A DNA stretch of 62,203 nucleotides, the filler included, from an uncultured virus (IMG/VR IMGVR_UViG_2049941000_000192) (lineage: Duplodnaviria > Heunggongvirae > Uroviricota > Caudoviricetes). It is 8 parts of one record of this genome, joined end to end, with 100 filler letters (N's around TTAATTAATTAA, not from the genome) between each part and the next. Parts side by side here need not be neighbours in the genome. Positions count along the whole stretch, not along the records: positions 1 to 1,338 come from IMGVR_UViG_2049941000_000192; positions 1,439 to 5,102 come from IMGVR_UViG_2049941000_000192; positions 5,203 to 6,105 come from IMGVR_UViG_2049941000_000192; positions 6,206 to 13,482 come from IMGVR_UViG_2049941000_000192; 4 more parts are not named here. One strand, given 5' to 3'. The translations under genes and the position numbers were made by a program. The notes under the pieces were generated by a model. It was not told the origin of the DNA. It did not search any database and was given only the letters and a program-made list of their open reading frames with translations. This document shows, in pieces, positions 1 through 10,370 of this stretch; within the stretch, counting starts at the first letter, position 1; the number at the start of each line of letters is the position of its first letter.

Positions 1-1
1 C

Positions 2-158
2 GACAACAAGGTGGGCGAATTCGCGGAGTGGGACATGGACATGCTGGGAGACGAGCTTGACGCCATCGCGGACGCGTGCGACATCGACATGGGTGAGTTC
101 GGTTTCGACTTGTCCGATGATGACGAAGAAACGGAAGTCGTGGAAGATGAAGTCCCGG
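2..158 (+). CDS. Fragment of ParB-like/acidic linker region of a ParB-DNA methyltransferase fusion (phage A)
   Basis: DNKVGEFAEWDMDMLGDEL...GFDLSDDDEETEVVEDEVP resembles the end of the ParB domain plus linker in phage ParB-MTase fusions; lies upstream of the MTase C-terminus across a gap. Confidence 0.7.
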
Positions 159-302
159 ANNNNNNNNNNNNNNNNNNNNNNNNNNNNNNNNNNNNNNNNN
201 NNNNNNNNNNNNNNNNNNNNNNNNNNNNNNNNNNNNNNNNNNNNNNNNNNNNNNNNNNNNNNNNNNNNNNNNNNNNNNNNNNNNNNNNNNNNNNNNNNNN
301 TT

Positions 303-701
303 TGGGATAAAACAGGTTCACAGCCAGCAATGGCAAATAATGTACTTAATAGTGAATTTGAATATATACATATATTTGGTGGTAATGCTTCAAGAGCTAT
401 AGGAACAATTCCTTTTCGCGGAACTATATCAAATATATTGCATTTAGCGGCACAAAGAAAAAACGAATTTTCAAAAATTCATAACGCCACATTTAGTGTT
501 GATTTTGCGGCATACTTTGTGAAAAATTTTGCTAAAGAATCCGTATTGGATTTGTTTGGCGGAACAGGAACAACGCTTATAGCTTGCGAACAATTAGGCC
601 GCAAGTGCCGCATGATGGAACTCGAACCGCACTATTGCGACGTGATTATTGCGCGATGGGAAAATTTCACCGGGCAGAAGGCCGTGAAGCTGGAGGGTTA
701 G
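303..701 (+). CDS. N6/N4 DNA methyltransferase, C-terminal part
   Basis: SAM-binding motif VLDLFGGTGTTLIACEQLGR followed by MELEPHYCDVIIARWE. Confidence 0.9.
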   Translation, partial: WDKTGSQPAMANNVLNSEFEYIHIFGGNASRAIGTIPFRGTISNILHLAAQRKNEFSKIHNATFSVDFAAYFVKNFAKESVLDLFGGTGTTLIACEQLGRKCRMMELEPHYCDVIIARWENFTGQKAVKLEG

Positions 702-704
702 CCA

Positions 705-1175
705 GTGAAGACATATCGCAAGCCGACAGAAAAATCCTTGAAGAACCTCCGGCGCATCACGTCGGAGCAGGCTCGCGAAATGCAAAAAATATCTACCGCA
801 AAACGAAGGCAGAACCGCGAAGAAGCGCTCACCCGCGACACGTTCAAGCAGGAAATTACACGCGCGCTCGGCATGAAGCTACTCGTCACGCCGTCGATGC
901 GAGAATCGTTCCGAAAGTTGGGCGTGGAACTTGACGATTCGGAATCAGCCACCCGTCTTTCTTTCCGGCGGGCAGTCACGAAGGCTGTAAAGGACGGAGA
1001 CATAGCCCATGGCGTCCANNNNNNNNNNAAGCAGATTTTGATGCTGGCCGAGTTCGCAGGCTTCCGTAACGACCAGGAAGAGTCAGAACCGCCCAACGGC
1101 GGCAAGATTGTCTTCGAGGTGCAAGTACCGACTCCTATTCCGAAGGAGGTGCAGGATGCCTTCCGAACAAAGTAG
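705..1175 (+). CDS. Probable terminase small subunit (phage A; contains a small N gap)
   Basis: Basic N-terminus SLKNLRRITSEQAREMQK typical of TerS; overlaps the start of TerL. Confidence 0.65.
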   Translation: MKTYRKPTEKSLKNLRRITSEQAREMQKISTAKRRQNREEALTRDTFKQEITRALGMKLLVTPSMRESFRKLGVELDDSESATRLSFRRAVTKAVKDGDIAHGVXXXXKQILMLAEFAGFRNDQEESEPPNGGKIVFEVQVPTPIPKEVQDAFRTK

Positions 1176-1338
1176 CATCAAGATTTCGCCGTTCCAGCAG
1201 AAGCTCATCTTTTCTGAAAACGAGTTTGTCCTGGCCTGCTGCGGTCGAGCCGCCGGAAAGACCGAAGGAGTATGCGGTCGCCTCGCCTACCGCAACGAGA
1301 TCGGAAGAGCGGTTCAGCAGGAATGCCGAGACCGATAT
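1156..1338 (+). CDS. Terminase large subunit, N-terminal fragment (phage A)
   Basis: PFQQKLI followed by Walker A-like CGRAAGKT; AGGAGG upstream of ATG at 1156. Confidence 0.75.
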
Positions 1339-1382
1339 NNNNNNNNNNNNNNNNNNNNNNNNNNNNNNNNNNNNNNNNNNNN

Positions 1383-1394
1383 TTAATTAATTAA
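1383..1394. other. Artificial six-frame-stop linker TTAATTAATTAA (also 5147, 6150, 13527, 35716, 36065, 38668)
   Basis: Identical 12-mer centred in ~100-nt N gaps. Confidence 0.97.
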
Positions 1395-1437
1395 NNNNNN
1401 NNNNNNNNNNNNNNNNNNNNNNNNNNNNNNNNNNNNN

Positions 1438-1917
1438 NTGGAATTGAAGCAGGCACTCGACGTGGGCGGCGGCGTGGACGTCGCGGCGCTCTCGGCCCAG
1501 GTCGGCGCGCTCACGCAGCAGGCGCAGCAGCAGGCGCAGCAAATAGAGGAGTACCGCCGGACCATCGACGCGGACATCATCGCGGGACAGAACCAGCTCG
1601 TGATGGCGCGCATGAACAACGAGGCGGCTCTGCGTTCGAAGCTCGTGGAGCTGGAAGCGAAGGCGGCGGAGAACGAGAAGGACCGCCAGCTCGAACTCCT
1701 CAAGATGGAGGGCGACGCTCGCGCGAAGGCCGAGGAGCTGTTCATCAAGAGCCGCGAGGCGGAGCAGAAGTTCATCGATAGCACGCGGAAATCCGTCCAG
1801 GATGCCGAGCGCCTCCGCATCGAAGCCGAGAAGGCACGGGCGGAAATCGTCGGCAAGCTCGGTGCGGTGATTAAAAATACATATACCGACAACCTAACAC
1901 CGCAGACGGAACTATAA
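1438..1917 (+). CDS. Portal protein C-terminal coiled-coil fragment (phage A)
   Basis: Q/A/E-rich coiled coil like the P22 portal barrel; lies between TerL and scaffold. Confidence 0.6.
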   Translation, partial: XELKQALDVGGGVDVAALSAQVGALTQQAQQQAQQIEEYRRTIDADIIAGQNQLVMARMNNEAALRSKLVELEAKAAENEKDRQLELLKMEGDARAKAEELFIKSREAEQKFIDSTRKSVQDAERLRIEAEKARAEIVGKLGAVIKNTYTDNLTPQTEL

Positions 1918-2017
1918 AAAATGTCAATATTTGTCAACCAAATATGACAAAAAGTGACAATGGACGTTTGCATCCGTTGTCACTTTTGATTATTTTTATA
2001 AAAAACGAGGTGAGACT

Positions 2018-2965
2018 ATGGCATTACCAAGCCAGGAACTATTGGAAAAGTACCGCGCCGAGGAAAAGGCGGACAAGGGAACACCCGCGAATCCCGAACA
2101 AACTAACGCGGAGACGACCGAAACCCAGACGACCGAAACGCCGACGGGCGCGCAGGGCGGCGAAGGTGACGGAGCAGCCACTACACCCACGGAAACGACA
2201 CCCTCCGCCAGCGCAGGCGAGGACGCGGACAAATCCGCGAAGGGCGACGACAGATGGGAACACGCTCAATCGCAGTGGAAGAAAAGGCTCGACAGACAAG
2301 AGCGGGCCCACCGGAAACAAATCGCAGGACTCGAGGCCACGATCGCGGAACTGAAGAAGCAGGTCGAAGGCAACAAGCCGAAGCTCCAGCGCGAGGACTT
2401 TCCGACGGTTGAAGCGTTCGAGAGTTACAAGAACGAGGAACAGAAGAAGCAGCTCCTCGACGAACTTGAAAAGAGCAACGCCGCCAAGGAAGCCGCCGCA
2501 AGGCAGCAGGCCGAAGCGAAGAAGAAGATGGAGGCTACCTTCAAGACGCCCGAGGCGCAGAGGGATTTCCAGGACACGATGTCCGACTTCATCGACGACA
2601 ACAGCGAATGGCTCGAAACCGAGGAAGGCCAGCTCTATCAGGAAATCATCGACCAGTCCCCCGTCGGGCTCGTCATGGCGATGGCCATCGCGAAGAACGA
2701 CGCGGTGCAGGAACAGATGAAGAAATGGTCGAAGGACCTGCTTTACCAGAAGCTCATGTCGTTCGAAGTAACCCTCATGAACAAGGCCAAGGAGGCTAAA
2801 GCAGCCGCCGCGGCCAAGCAGACAACGCCCGCGCAACCCGCCGAGAAGCAGCCCTCCACGAGCGGCATCCCCTCGACAGGGAGCGTGGGAAAGACACAGG
2901 CGCCGCAGACGTTCTCCGCGAAGGATTGGCTCCGCAAGAATCGCCCCGAGCGCTATCCACGCTAA
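2018..2965 (+). CDS. Scaffolding protein (phage A)
   Basis: Acidic low-complexity N-terminus, coiled coil, REDFPTVEAFE motif, P/T-rich tail; directly upstream of the coat gene. Confidence 0.75.
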   Translation: MALPSQELLEKYRAEEKADKGTPANPEQTNAETTETQTTETPTGAQGGEGDGAATTPTETTPSASAGEDADKSAKGDDRWEHAQSQWKKRLDRQERAHRKQIAGLEATIAELKKQVEGNKPKLQREDFPTVEAFESYKNEEQKKQLLDELEKSNAAKEAAARQQAEAKKKMEATFKTPEAQRDFQDTMSDFIDDNSEWLETEEGQLYQEIIDQSPVGLVMAMAIAKNDAVQEQMKKWSKDLLYQKLMSFEVTLMNKAKEAKAAAAAKQTTPAQPAEKQPSTSGIPSTGSVGKTQAPQTFSAKDWLRKNRPERYPR

Positions 2966-2982
2966 CTAAATGAGGTTTTACA

Positions 2983-3629
2983 ATGGCTAACTCCATTATC
3001 ACCGTACCCGGCCTCGAAATCTTCGCGGCCGAAATCGAAGAATCCTGCCCTATCCTTGAAGATTGCCGAACCACCAACAAGGGCCTCCGTGGCCGTGAAG
3101 GCGGCAAGCTCAAGGTCGCAATCCCCGACCCGGGCCACACCTTCGTGAAGAAGGGAGGCATCCCGACCATCGGCGCCGGCGGCGACATCGAAGACCTTTC
3201 CGTCAAGGAATTCCAGCGTGAATTCACCGTATGCGTTGCCACCAACGCTTGCGCCTTGAGCTCGCTGGAACGCGTAGTCGACATCGACTCCTTCGAAAAG
3301 GAAGTCGCAGACCCGCGTTCTCCCGAAATCGGCGCTGGTGTACAGGACTACGTCATCGACGCAGGTGGTCTGTACTCCGACTCCGTATTCGTCGCCGACG
3401 GCACGAGCAACACCTTCAACGGCTACGATTTGCTTTCCGAAATGTCCGGCTCCCTTTCCGACTCCCGCTGCGCCGGTGAACTCGTCGGCTACATGAGCGG
3501 CAAGATCAAGAGCAAGATCACCGCCGGCGGCTTGAAGCTGTTCAACGAAAACGCCATCGCAGGCGAACTCTACCGCAAGGCCAAGATTGGCGAATACGCC
3601 AACGTCATGTGGAAGAGCACCCCGATGCC
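2983..3629 (+). CDS. Major capsid protein, P22-coat-like, N-terminal part (phage A)
   Basis: MANSIIT start, GGKLKVAIP and ELYRKAKIGEYANVMW segments; GAGG RBS; follows the scaffold gene. Confidence 0.8.
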
Positions 3630-3761
3630 NNNNNNNNNNCGCTTCTGCCGTCGTGACTTGGAAGCTCACCGCCAACAAGAAGTACGCCCTNNNNNNNNNN
3701 CCCCGCCCCGGTATGCGTTCCTATTGTCTTGCCGGACGCTTTCGACCATGCNNNNNNNNNN

Positions 3762-4191
3762 GCGTTGTTGAAGCCGTCGTGCGTGCCGTCGTAGTTCGTG
3801 AAAGCCACCAGGATCATGAACAGGATCGGCAGTACGGTGAACACGAAGATGCCGGTGAGCGGCAGCGCGAGCAGTGTCTTGTGGAACTGGTCGTCCACCA
3901 GCGAGCGCATGTCGTCTTTGCCGCTGCGAAGCTTCTTTCCGGAGCGGAGGATCTGTTCGGCGATCTTGTTCTGCTTGATGTTCACTCTCCAGGTATAGAT
4001 GAACGCGACGATGAAGAAGATGGTCAGTACGCCGTAGAGCAGGATCTTGAAGGAGTTGTCCCCATACACGGTGGTGTAGGAGTCCAGCACCACGTTGTAC
4101 TCCTCGTGCGGACCGATCTTGCCCAGGGACGGCAGCATGCTCAGCCAGTAGCCGCCGGTGGTGATCATATAGAAAATGAATACGATCTCAA
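3762..4191 (-). CDS. MalF-type sugar ABC transporter permease fragment (bacterial, probably a co-assembled contaminant)
   Basis: GDNSFKILLYGV...LLALPLTGIFVFTVLPILFMILVAFTNYD is typical of maltooligosaccharide/arabinogalactan permeases; isolated between N gaps. Confidence 0.8.
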
Positions 4192-5203
4192 GNNNNNNNN
4201 NNNNNNNNNNNNNNNNNNNNNNNNNNNNNNNNNNNNNNNNNNNNNNNNNNNNNNNNNNNNNNNNNNNNNNNNNNNNNNNNNNNNNNNNNNNNNNNNNNNN
4301 NNNNNNNNNNNNNNNNNNNNNNNNNNNNNNNNNNNNNNNNNNNNNNNNNNNNNNNNNNNNNNNNNNNNNNNNNNNNNNNNNNNNNNNNNNNNNNNNNNNN
4401 NNNNNNNNNNNNNNNNNNNNNNNNNNNNNNNNNNNNNNNNNNNNNNNNNNNNNNNNNNNNNNNNNNNNNNNNNNNNNNNNNNNNNNNNNNNNNNNNNNNN
4501 NNNNNNNNNNNNNNNNNNNNNNNNNNNNNNNNNNNNNNNNNNNNNNNNNNNNNNNNNNNNNNNNNNNNNNNNNNNNNNNNNNNNNNNNNNNNNNNNNNNN
4601 NNNNNNNNNNNNNNNNNNNNNNNNNNNNNNNNNNNNNNNNNNNNNNNNNNNNNNNNNNNNNNNNNNNNNNNNNNNNNNNNNNNNNNNNNNNNNNNNNNNN
4701 NNNNNNNNNNNNNNNNNNNNNNNNNNNNNNNNNNNNNNNNNNNNNNNNNNNNNNNNNNNNNNNNNNNNNNNNNNNNNNNNNNNNNNNNNNNNNNNNNNNN
4801 NNNNNNNNNNNNNNNNNNNNNNNNNNNNNNNNNNNNNNNNNNNNNNNNNNNNNNNNNNNNNNNNNNNNNNNNNNNNNNNNNNNNNNNNNNNNNNNNNNNN
4901 NNNNNNNNNNNNNNNNNNNNNNNNNNNNNNNNNNNNNNNNNNNNNNNNNNNNNNNNNNNNNNNNNNNNNNNNNNNNNNNNNNNNNNNNNNNNNNNNNNNN
5001 NNNNNNTGTCATCTCTATCGGCGCGCTGCCTGCCTCCACCACCGTGAGCGCCAAGCCGAGCGAAGGCTCCGACACCATCGTGCTCGCCTCCGCCAACATC
5101 ACNNNNNNNNNNNNNNNNNNNNNNNNNNNNNNNNNNNNNNNNNNNNTTAATTAATTAANNNNNNNNNNNNNNNNNNNNNNNNNNNNNNNNNNNNNNNNNN
5201 NNA

Positions 5204-6103
5204 CCCGCCCCGGTATGCGTTCCTATTGTCTTGCCGGACGCTTTCGACCATGCGGGCAAGGTCAAGCCGACCCAGCTCGCGCAGCTAAATTTCCGCCTAA
5301 TCGTCAACGACGAGGACAGCGACTACATCTATTGGAGCGAAATCAACCGCCCGCGCAGCACTGCGGACATGCACCCCTTCGAGCAGAGCCTCACGCAGTA
5401 CGCGTACACCAAGACGGACGGGACGGTCGTCACCTTCTCTGACAACGTGTTCTACGCCCCGAGCGCAGGCACGTATAACCCGTCCACGCTCACCACGCAG
5501 ACGGTCTACACGTCCGCACTCAACTCGATGAAGATGGACCTGAAGGCGGACAAGGTGGTCGCATTGAGGGCGACGGACACTTCGCTTTTCGTATTCGGGA
5601 ACAACTCGCTCCAGGTGCTCCGCTGGCAGAATTCCACGAGCGCGCCGTTCGCCATCGTGGCGAAGTCCTCCCTCGCGGGTGTCGCGTTTGCCGACGCCGT
5701 GGCGGTGGTTGGAAACGAGTGTTTCTTTGTCGGAAAGGGGCCGCAGGGTATGCTCGGCGTGTTCGCTGTGGACGAGAACTGCAACATCCGCAAGGTGAGC
5801 ACGAACGCCGTGGACCAGAGGCTCGCGAAATATGCCGCAATCACGCACGGCTTCAAGGACATCCGCTCCTTCACGTACACCTACAAGGGCCACCAGTTCT
5901 TCATCTTCACCGCCGTGGAATACTACGATGAATTCGAGGAGACGATGGCCTACGACGTGGGCGAGGACGTATGGACTGACCGCGCCTCGTTCGACGAGAA
6001 CGGCGACAAGTTCGCATGGTGCGCGGTGGACGCACACCACATAGAAGGGCGCCCGACTTTCGTCACGAAAACACGCGGCGGCAAGTACCGCCTCGCGGAA
6101 TTT
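5204..6103 (+). CDS. P22 gp10-like DNA stabilization/tail hub protein, middle part (phage A)
   Basis: Beta-propeller-like composition; LFVFGNNSLQV, KVSTNAVDQRL, YTYKGHQFFIF motifs. Confidence 0.75.
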
Positions 6104-6222
6104 GTNNNNNNNNNNNNNNNNNNNNNNNNNNNNNNNNNNNNNNNNNNNNTTAATTAATTAANNNNNNNNNNNNNNNNNNNNNNNNNNNNNNNNNNNNNNN
6201 NNNNNCCGTTACTCCGTGGTAT

Positions 6223-6577
6223 ATGAGGCGCCGAGGTATGCGAAACGCGCGCACGCTCGGCGAGGACTTGTCGAAAGCCCAGCAGGCCATAGAAGATATT
6301 AAAGAGGTAGTCCCCTATAATAAATTGAGCGACTACGTTTTCCCGTATGTTGCGAACAAGGCCGGAAAAACCGAAACAGTCCGCAACGTCCCCGGATTGT
6401 CGATTGTCGTCGAGGACAAGGAAAAGGAAACGAAGCAGGCGAAGAAGAAATCCGAAGCCAAGCGCGAAAAATACGAGAAGTGGGCTTCGGGCCTCTCCAT
6501 CCCCTTCCCCGGCGACAAGGACTTCGGGGAATTCCAGGAATGGAAGAAGAAGCAGACGCGAAAAATGATTCTCGGCA
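6223..6577 (+). CDS. C-terminal fragment of a large virion (ejection-like) protein; allele of 25695..26072
   Basis: Near-identical to 25695..26072, which ends just before the MuF-like gene. Confidence 0.5.
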
Positions 6578-6587
6578 NNNNNNNNNN

Positions 6588-7229
6588 AACAAGCAGATAG
6601 CCGACACGCGCGGCGAGATTTCCGACATGATTGGCGCGGACGCCATGGACAACTACAAGGCGCTCCTCTACCAGCTCAACCCGAGCGCATACGCCGCCGA
6701 CACCTCGCCCATCAAGGGCTTCGAATTCGACCGCGACGTGTCCAAGTATCTCGACCCCAACGCCGAATATGTCATCGACCAGAGCGTAGAAGCCGCGAAG
6801 CAGGCCATGAGCGGCCAGGGCGGCATGACTGGCGGGGCCGCTGCTCGCGCATTGCAGGCCGAAGCCTCCGCGAAGGCATCCGAGCTCTACGGCGACGCGT
6901 TCGACCGCATGATGGAAGCCACCGGGCAGGAATACGGCAAGGCACGCGACACCGTGAGCGCCGAGCAGGCAGCCAAGCAGACCGCCGCCGACCTGAAAAA
7001 GTTCCAGGTGGAAGGCTCCGGCAACCTCGCGGGCTCCCTCGTCGGCAACATGCAGGGCTTGACCGAGGACCAGGTGCAGCTACTCCTGGCGCAGATGGCT
7101 ACCGACTCGAGCTACGCCGGGGCAATCGCGCAGCTCATGATGGACCAGGCTAGCCAGCCGACCACCGCGCAGCAGATTCTCGGCCTCGGCGGCGACGTCG
7201 CGAACATTTACAGCGCATTCTCGAAATAG
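6588..7229 (+). CDS. DNA ejection/pilot protein (P22 gp7-like), C-terminal part; N-terminus at 18000..18323
   Basis: A/G/Q-rich with YLDPN...GGMTGGAAARALQ motif; follows gp10-like gene in reconstructed order. Confidence 0.6.
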   Translation, partial: NKQIADTRGEISDMIGADAMDNYKALLYQLNPSAYAADTSPIKGFEFDRDVSKYLDPNAEYVIDQSVEAAKQAMSGQGGMTGGAAARALQAEASAKASELYGDAFDRMMEATGQEYGKARDTVSAEQAAKQTAADLKKFQVEGSGNLAGSLVGNMQGLTEDQVQLLLAQMATDSSYAGAIAQLMMDQASQPTTAQQILGLGGDVANIYSAFSK

Positions 7230-7244
7230 GAAGGGGTGACGACC

Positions 7245-7514
7245 ATGGCATTGAACTTTACACCGCTTACGGCCTACCGCATCGAGGTTATGGACGGAAT
7301 CAGGCAGCGCGCCGAGAACCAGCGCCGCATGGGCGAAGGCCTCGGGGCCATCCTCGGCGCCGCGAAGGGCGCATACGACGCCCAAAAGACGCGGGATTTC
7401 TTCGCGCAGTTCGACGACTCCGAGGAAATCGCGGAAATTGACGACCAGATAAAGGAAAACGAGGCGCAGATTGCGGCCTTGCAGAAGGAACTCGACGAAA
7501 TGGGGGCGAAATAA
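7245..7514 (+). CDS. Small virion/ejection-module protein
   Basis: ORF translationally coupled (TAATG) to the next gene; C-terminal coiled coil. Confidence 0.5.
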   Translation: MALNFTPLTAYRIEVMDGIRQRAENQRRMGEGLGAILGAAKGAYDAQKTRDFFAQFDDSEEIAEIDDQIKENEAQIAALQKELDEMGAK

Positions 7515-8365
7515 TGGCACTTTCCGACTACATCACCGAAAAGACGGAAGAAAAGGTCGCGATTCCGTTCGCCTCCCCNNNNNNNNNNCAGCTCCGAGCC
7601 CGCCGAGACCAAATCAAGGCGAACTCCCTCTCCGACATGGACGAGGACAAGGTCGTCGCTATGGCGAAGGCGAAGGGCATCAAGAACGACGACATCGAGG
7701 CGTGGCTCCGTGGGCGTACCGCGCGCACGAACCGCGAAATCTCCCTCGGACAGAAGGAAGAACTCGGCAAGCAGGCCGAAGCGGAAGCCAAGAAGGCGAC
7801 CGCCATCGAGAAGGCGAACAAGGAAGCCCGCAAGCAGGCCATCCTGGAAGCCCGCAAGGCCTACGAAACCGCAAACAAGCCCGTCGAGTCCGAAGAATAC
7901 GAGAGCAAGGTTTCCGAGCTCGACTCGCTGGAATTCACGTTCAACAATTTGAAGGACTCCTACGAGAAGGACTACAAGGAAAAGCTGGATTATACGCTCA
8001 CGCCGCGCAAGGTGCAGGCGACACCCCCAGCCGGTGCGCCTAAAAAAGCCGAAATCCCGCCTATTCCCGCAGACGTTGAACTGACGGAGGACCAGCGACG
8101 CGAATGGAACAAGCCGACGACCACGAAGGACCAGCGCGACAAGATCGTCGCGCAAATCCGCGACAAGGCGAACGCGGAAGCCGACAAGAAGGAAAAGGAA
8201 AAAAAGGCTCTCGAAGAAAAACGCGCCGGAATAAAGAACCAGGCCAAAAACCCGAGTTTGAGCAAGGAAAGCAAGAGCGCACTAATCACGAAGTACCGCA
8301 ACACCTTCCCCGAACTCAAGAAACCGTCACGCGAAAAAACTAGAAAAATTCTTTTCGGAGAATAG
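7514..8365 (+). CDS. Ejection-like coiled-coil virion protein (gap inside; allele at 19021..19343)
   Basis: K/E/A-rich helical ORF in the ejection-protein position. Confidence 0.5.
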   Translation: MALSDYITEKTEEKVAIPFASXXXXQLRARRDQIKANSLSDMDEDKVVAMAKAKGIKNDDIEAWLRGRTARTNREISLGQKEELGKQAEAEAKKATAIEKANKEARKQAILEARKAYETANKPVESEEYESKVSELDSLEFTFNNLKDSYEKDYKEKLDYTLTPRKVQATPPAGAPKKAEIPPIPADVELTEDQRREWNKPTTTKDQRDKIVAQIRDKANAEADKKEKEKKALEEKRAGIKNQAKNPSLSKESKSALITKYRNTFPELKKPSREKTRKILFGE

Positions 8366-8368
8366 ACC

Positions 8369-9275
8369 ATGGCAGACAAGTTCATCACGCCCGAAGAACA
8401 GAAGAAGCTCCTCCAGCTTTGGGAAAACGCCCAGAGCGGGAACGATGACGAAATCGACGCTTTTGAAAATTTCCGCGAGGAACTCGGCATCGAGCCGGAT
8501 TCCGTAAAGGCTTATCTCTCCGTAAAGCAGGAACCGCAGACCGAGCAGGAAAAACGCCTCGCAAGCAAGGGCAAGGCGGCGGACGACAAGAAGGAGAACG
8601 AGGCCCTCGGCGTCGAGAAAATCGCCGAAGCCTACGGCGTGAGCTTGAAGCAGGCCTCCGAGGACGGCGACCTTGAGCCGGGAAAATTGCAGGAGTACCT
8701 GAACGAGCGCTTCGTGATGCGCCGCTCCCCGAACGAAAGCGGCAAGGATTTCGCCGCACGCAACCGCAACGCCTTCGAGGCCTTGGGCCTGAATTGGGAC
8801 AACAAGGACGACCGCGCCCGCGTTGCAAAGTCGCTCGAAGTCGCGGAACGCATGGACGTACGCGAGAACCTCGCCGAAGAAATGAACTCCGGCGTGAAGG
8901 GCGGCATCCTCAATATCCTATTCCCGCGCACGATGGAACACGCCACCCGCGATGTTTTGTCGGGCGAACAGACGGAAGGCTACGGCAAGGACACGATGCT
9001 TGACGCTACCGAGAACGGCTTGCAATTTGCGGCCACCCCGTTGACGGGACCCGCAGGCGCGCTTATGAAGTACGTGAGGGCCGCGAAGGCTCTCGACAAG
9101 GGGAGCAAGGCGGCGAAGGCCGTAAAGGGCGCAGGGACGCTCGCAGGCATCGCGGGCGACGCGGTGGTGGTTCCAGCGACGATGGAAACCCTCGACGCTA
9201 TCAACTACGACGACCCGGAAAACCCGAGGAGCGATTTCTCGGCGGGAGACGTTGCAATCGGCGGTGCAATAAACG
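8369..9275 (+). CDS. Large ejection-like virion protein, N-terminal part (phage A)
   Basis: GGAG RBS; Gly/Ala-rich hydrophobic stretch; truncated by gap. Confidence 0.5.
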
Positions 9276-9587
9276 NNNNNNNNNNTATATAATATCACAC
9301 ATAAAATAATAACATTACATATAAAATAATAACACATGTAATATATTAATTTGTATGTATTAATTTATATATGGATAATTATAAATGATTACTAAATATA
9401 TTATATACATACAAGTTAATCTATCTAACGTCTCTTGACCAAATCTATATATTATATTTCTAGATGTAAGGGGAGGGGGGATCACATACGTGATGGGGGT
9501 GGGGTTGATATAAAGCATTGTGCATATAGGTACATGCCGGTGTCCTGTGAATATTGTAATGTATCTGATGTGGTATTGTGGAGCAAA

Positions 9588-9627
9588 TTGGAAAATTCCT
9601 TTTGTCAAGTTGAGATATACGAATATG
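9588..9627 (+). promoter_or_regulatory. Phage B promoter motif TTGGAA-N19-AGATATAC abutting the scaffold ATG
   Basis: Same motif and spacing at 54303-54342 and 59095-59134. Confidence 0.65.
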
Positions 9628-10368
9628 GAAGAACAACTCACTACACCGGTTGAAGTTACGTCTGATGCAGCTAATGCGGAAGGTAATGTTCAAACCGTGG
9701 AAACAAATACGACCGAAGTGCAGCAACCGGAAACTGCGCCTCAAACTGAAGGTCCTGAAGTCCGTGAACAGAATAATTGGAACAATGGCCGTAGACGTAT
9801 ACAGCAGCGGCAGTCGCTTAAGGCGAGAGTGAAAGAACTCGAACAGCGCCTTGCTCAGTACGAAGGTAAAGACGATGACCAAAGTCGTTTCTACACCGAA
9901 CAGATCAAGGATCGCATAGATGACCTTAACGCGATGGATGCTGACGCTGAAGCTACAGCCTTTGCAGACCATGCGTCGCAGTTCTTTGGTGAAGATACCG
10001 ATGCTTTCATGCAAAGTGTCTACCGATATGCGGAGTATGTGAATAACAACGAACCTGACTTGCTCAAGTATTCGCAACGTGAATATGGCCCAATCTTACT
10101 CCATGAGTGGATGCAGCGTATGGACAATTCGAAGTTGCGTGCTCAGTGGCTCGGAATGACCATGTTTGAGAAGTCGAAGGTGTTGGACAATCTCTACGGT
10201 CAGATCGTCAACGTCATTAAACAGTACAACGCGAAAGGTAATGCACCCGCTAAGCCTAGGCCGAATGTACCTGTTCCGAATGGTGGACGACAGACTCCGA
10301 GTTCTGAACCATCTGACGATTTTGGTGTAGAATTCGGTCGTGCAATTAATCGTCACAAAGGACAATAA
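9625..10368 (+). CDS. Scaffolding protein (phage B)
   Basis: MEEQLTTP acidic N-terminus, coiled coil, Pro-rich C-terminus; stop is 2 nt before the coat ATG. Confidence 0.7.
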   Translation: MEEQLTTPVEVTSDAANAEGNVQTVETNTTEVQQPETAPQTEGPEVREQNNWNNGRRRIQQRQSLKARVKELEQRLAQYEGKDDDQSRFYTEQIKDRIDDLNAMDADAEATAFADHASQFFGEDTDAFMQSVYRYAEYVNNNEPDLLKYSQREYGPILLHEWMQRMDNSKLRAQWLGMTMFEKSKVLDNLYGQIVNVIKQYNAKGNAPAKPRPNVPVPNGGRQTPSSEPSDDFGVEFGRAINRHKGQ

Positions 10369-10370
10369 CA

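Noticed and set aside
3762..4191. Sugar ABC permease as a phage auxiliary metabolic gene
   Set aside because: Isolated fragment between gaps, inside the span of the coat gene, with no sequence link to phage genes; most likely misplaced bacterial DNA
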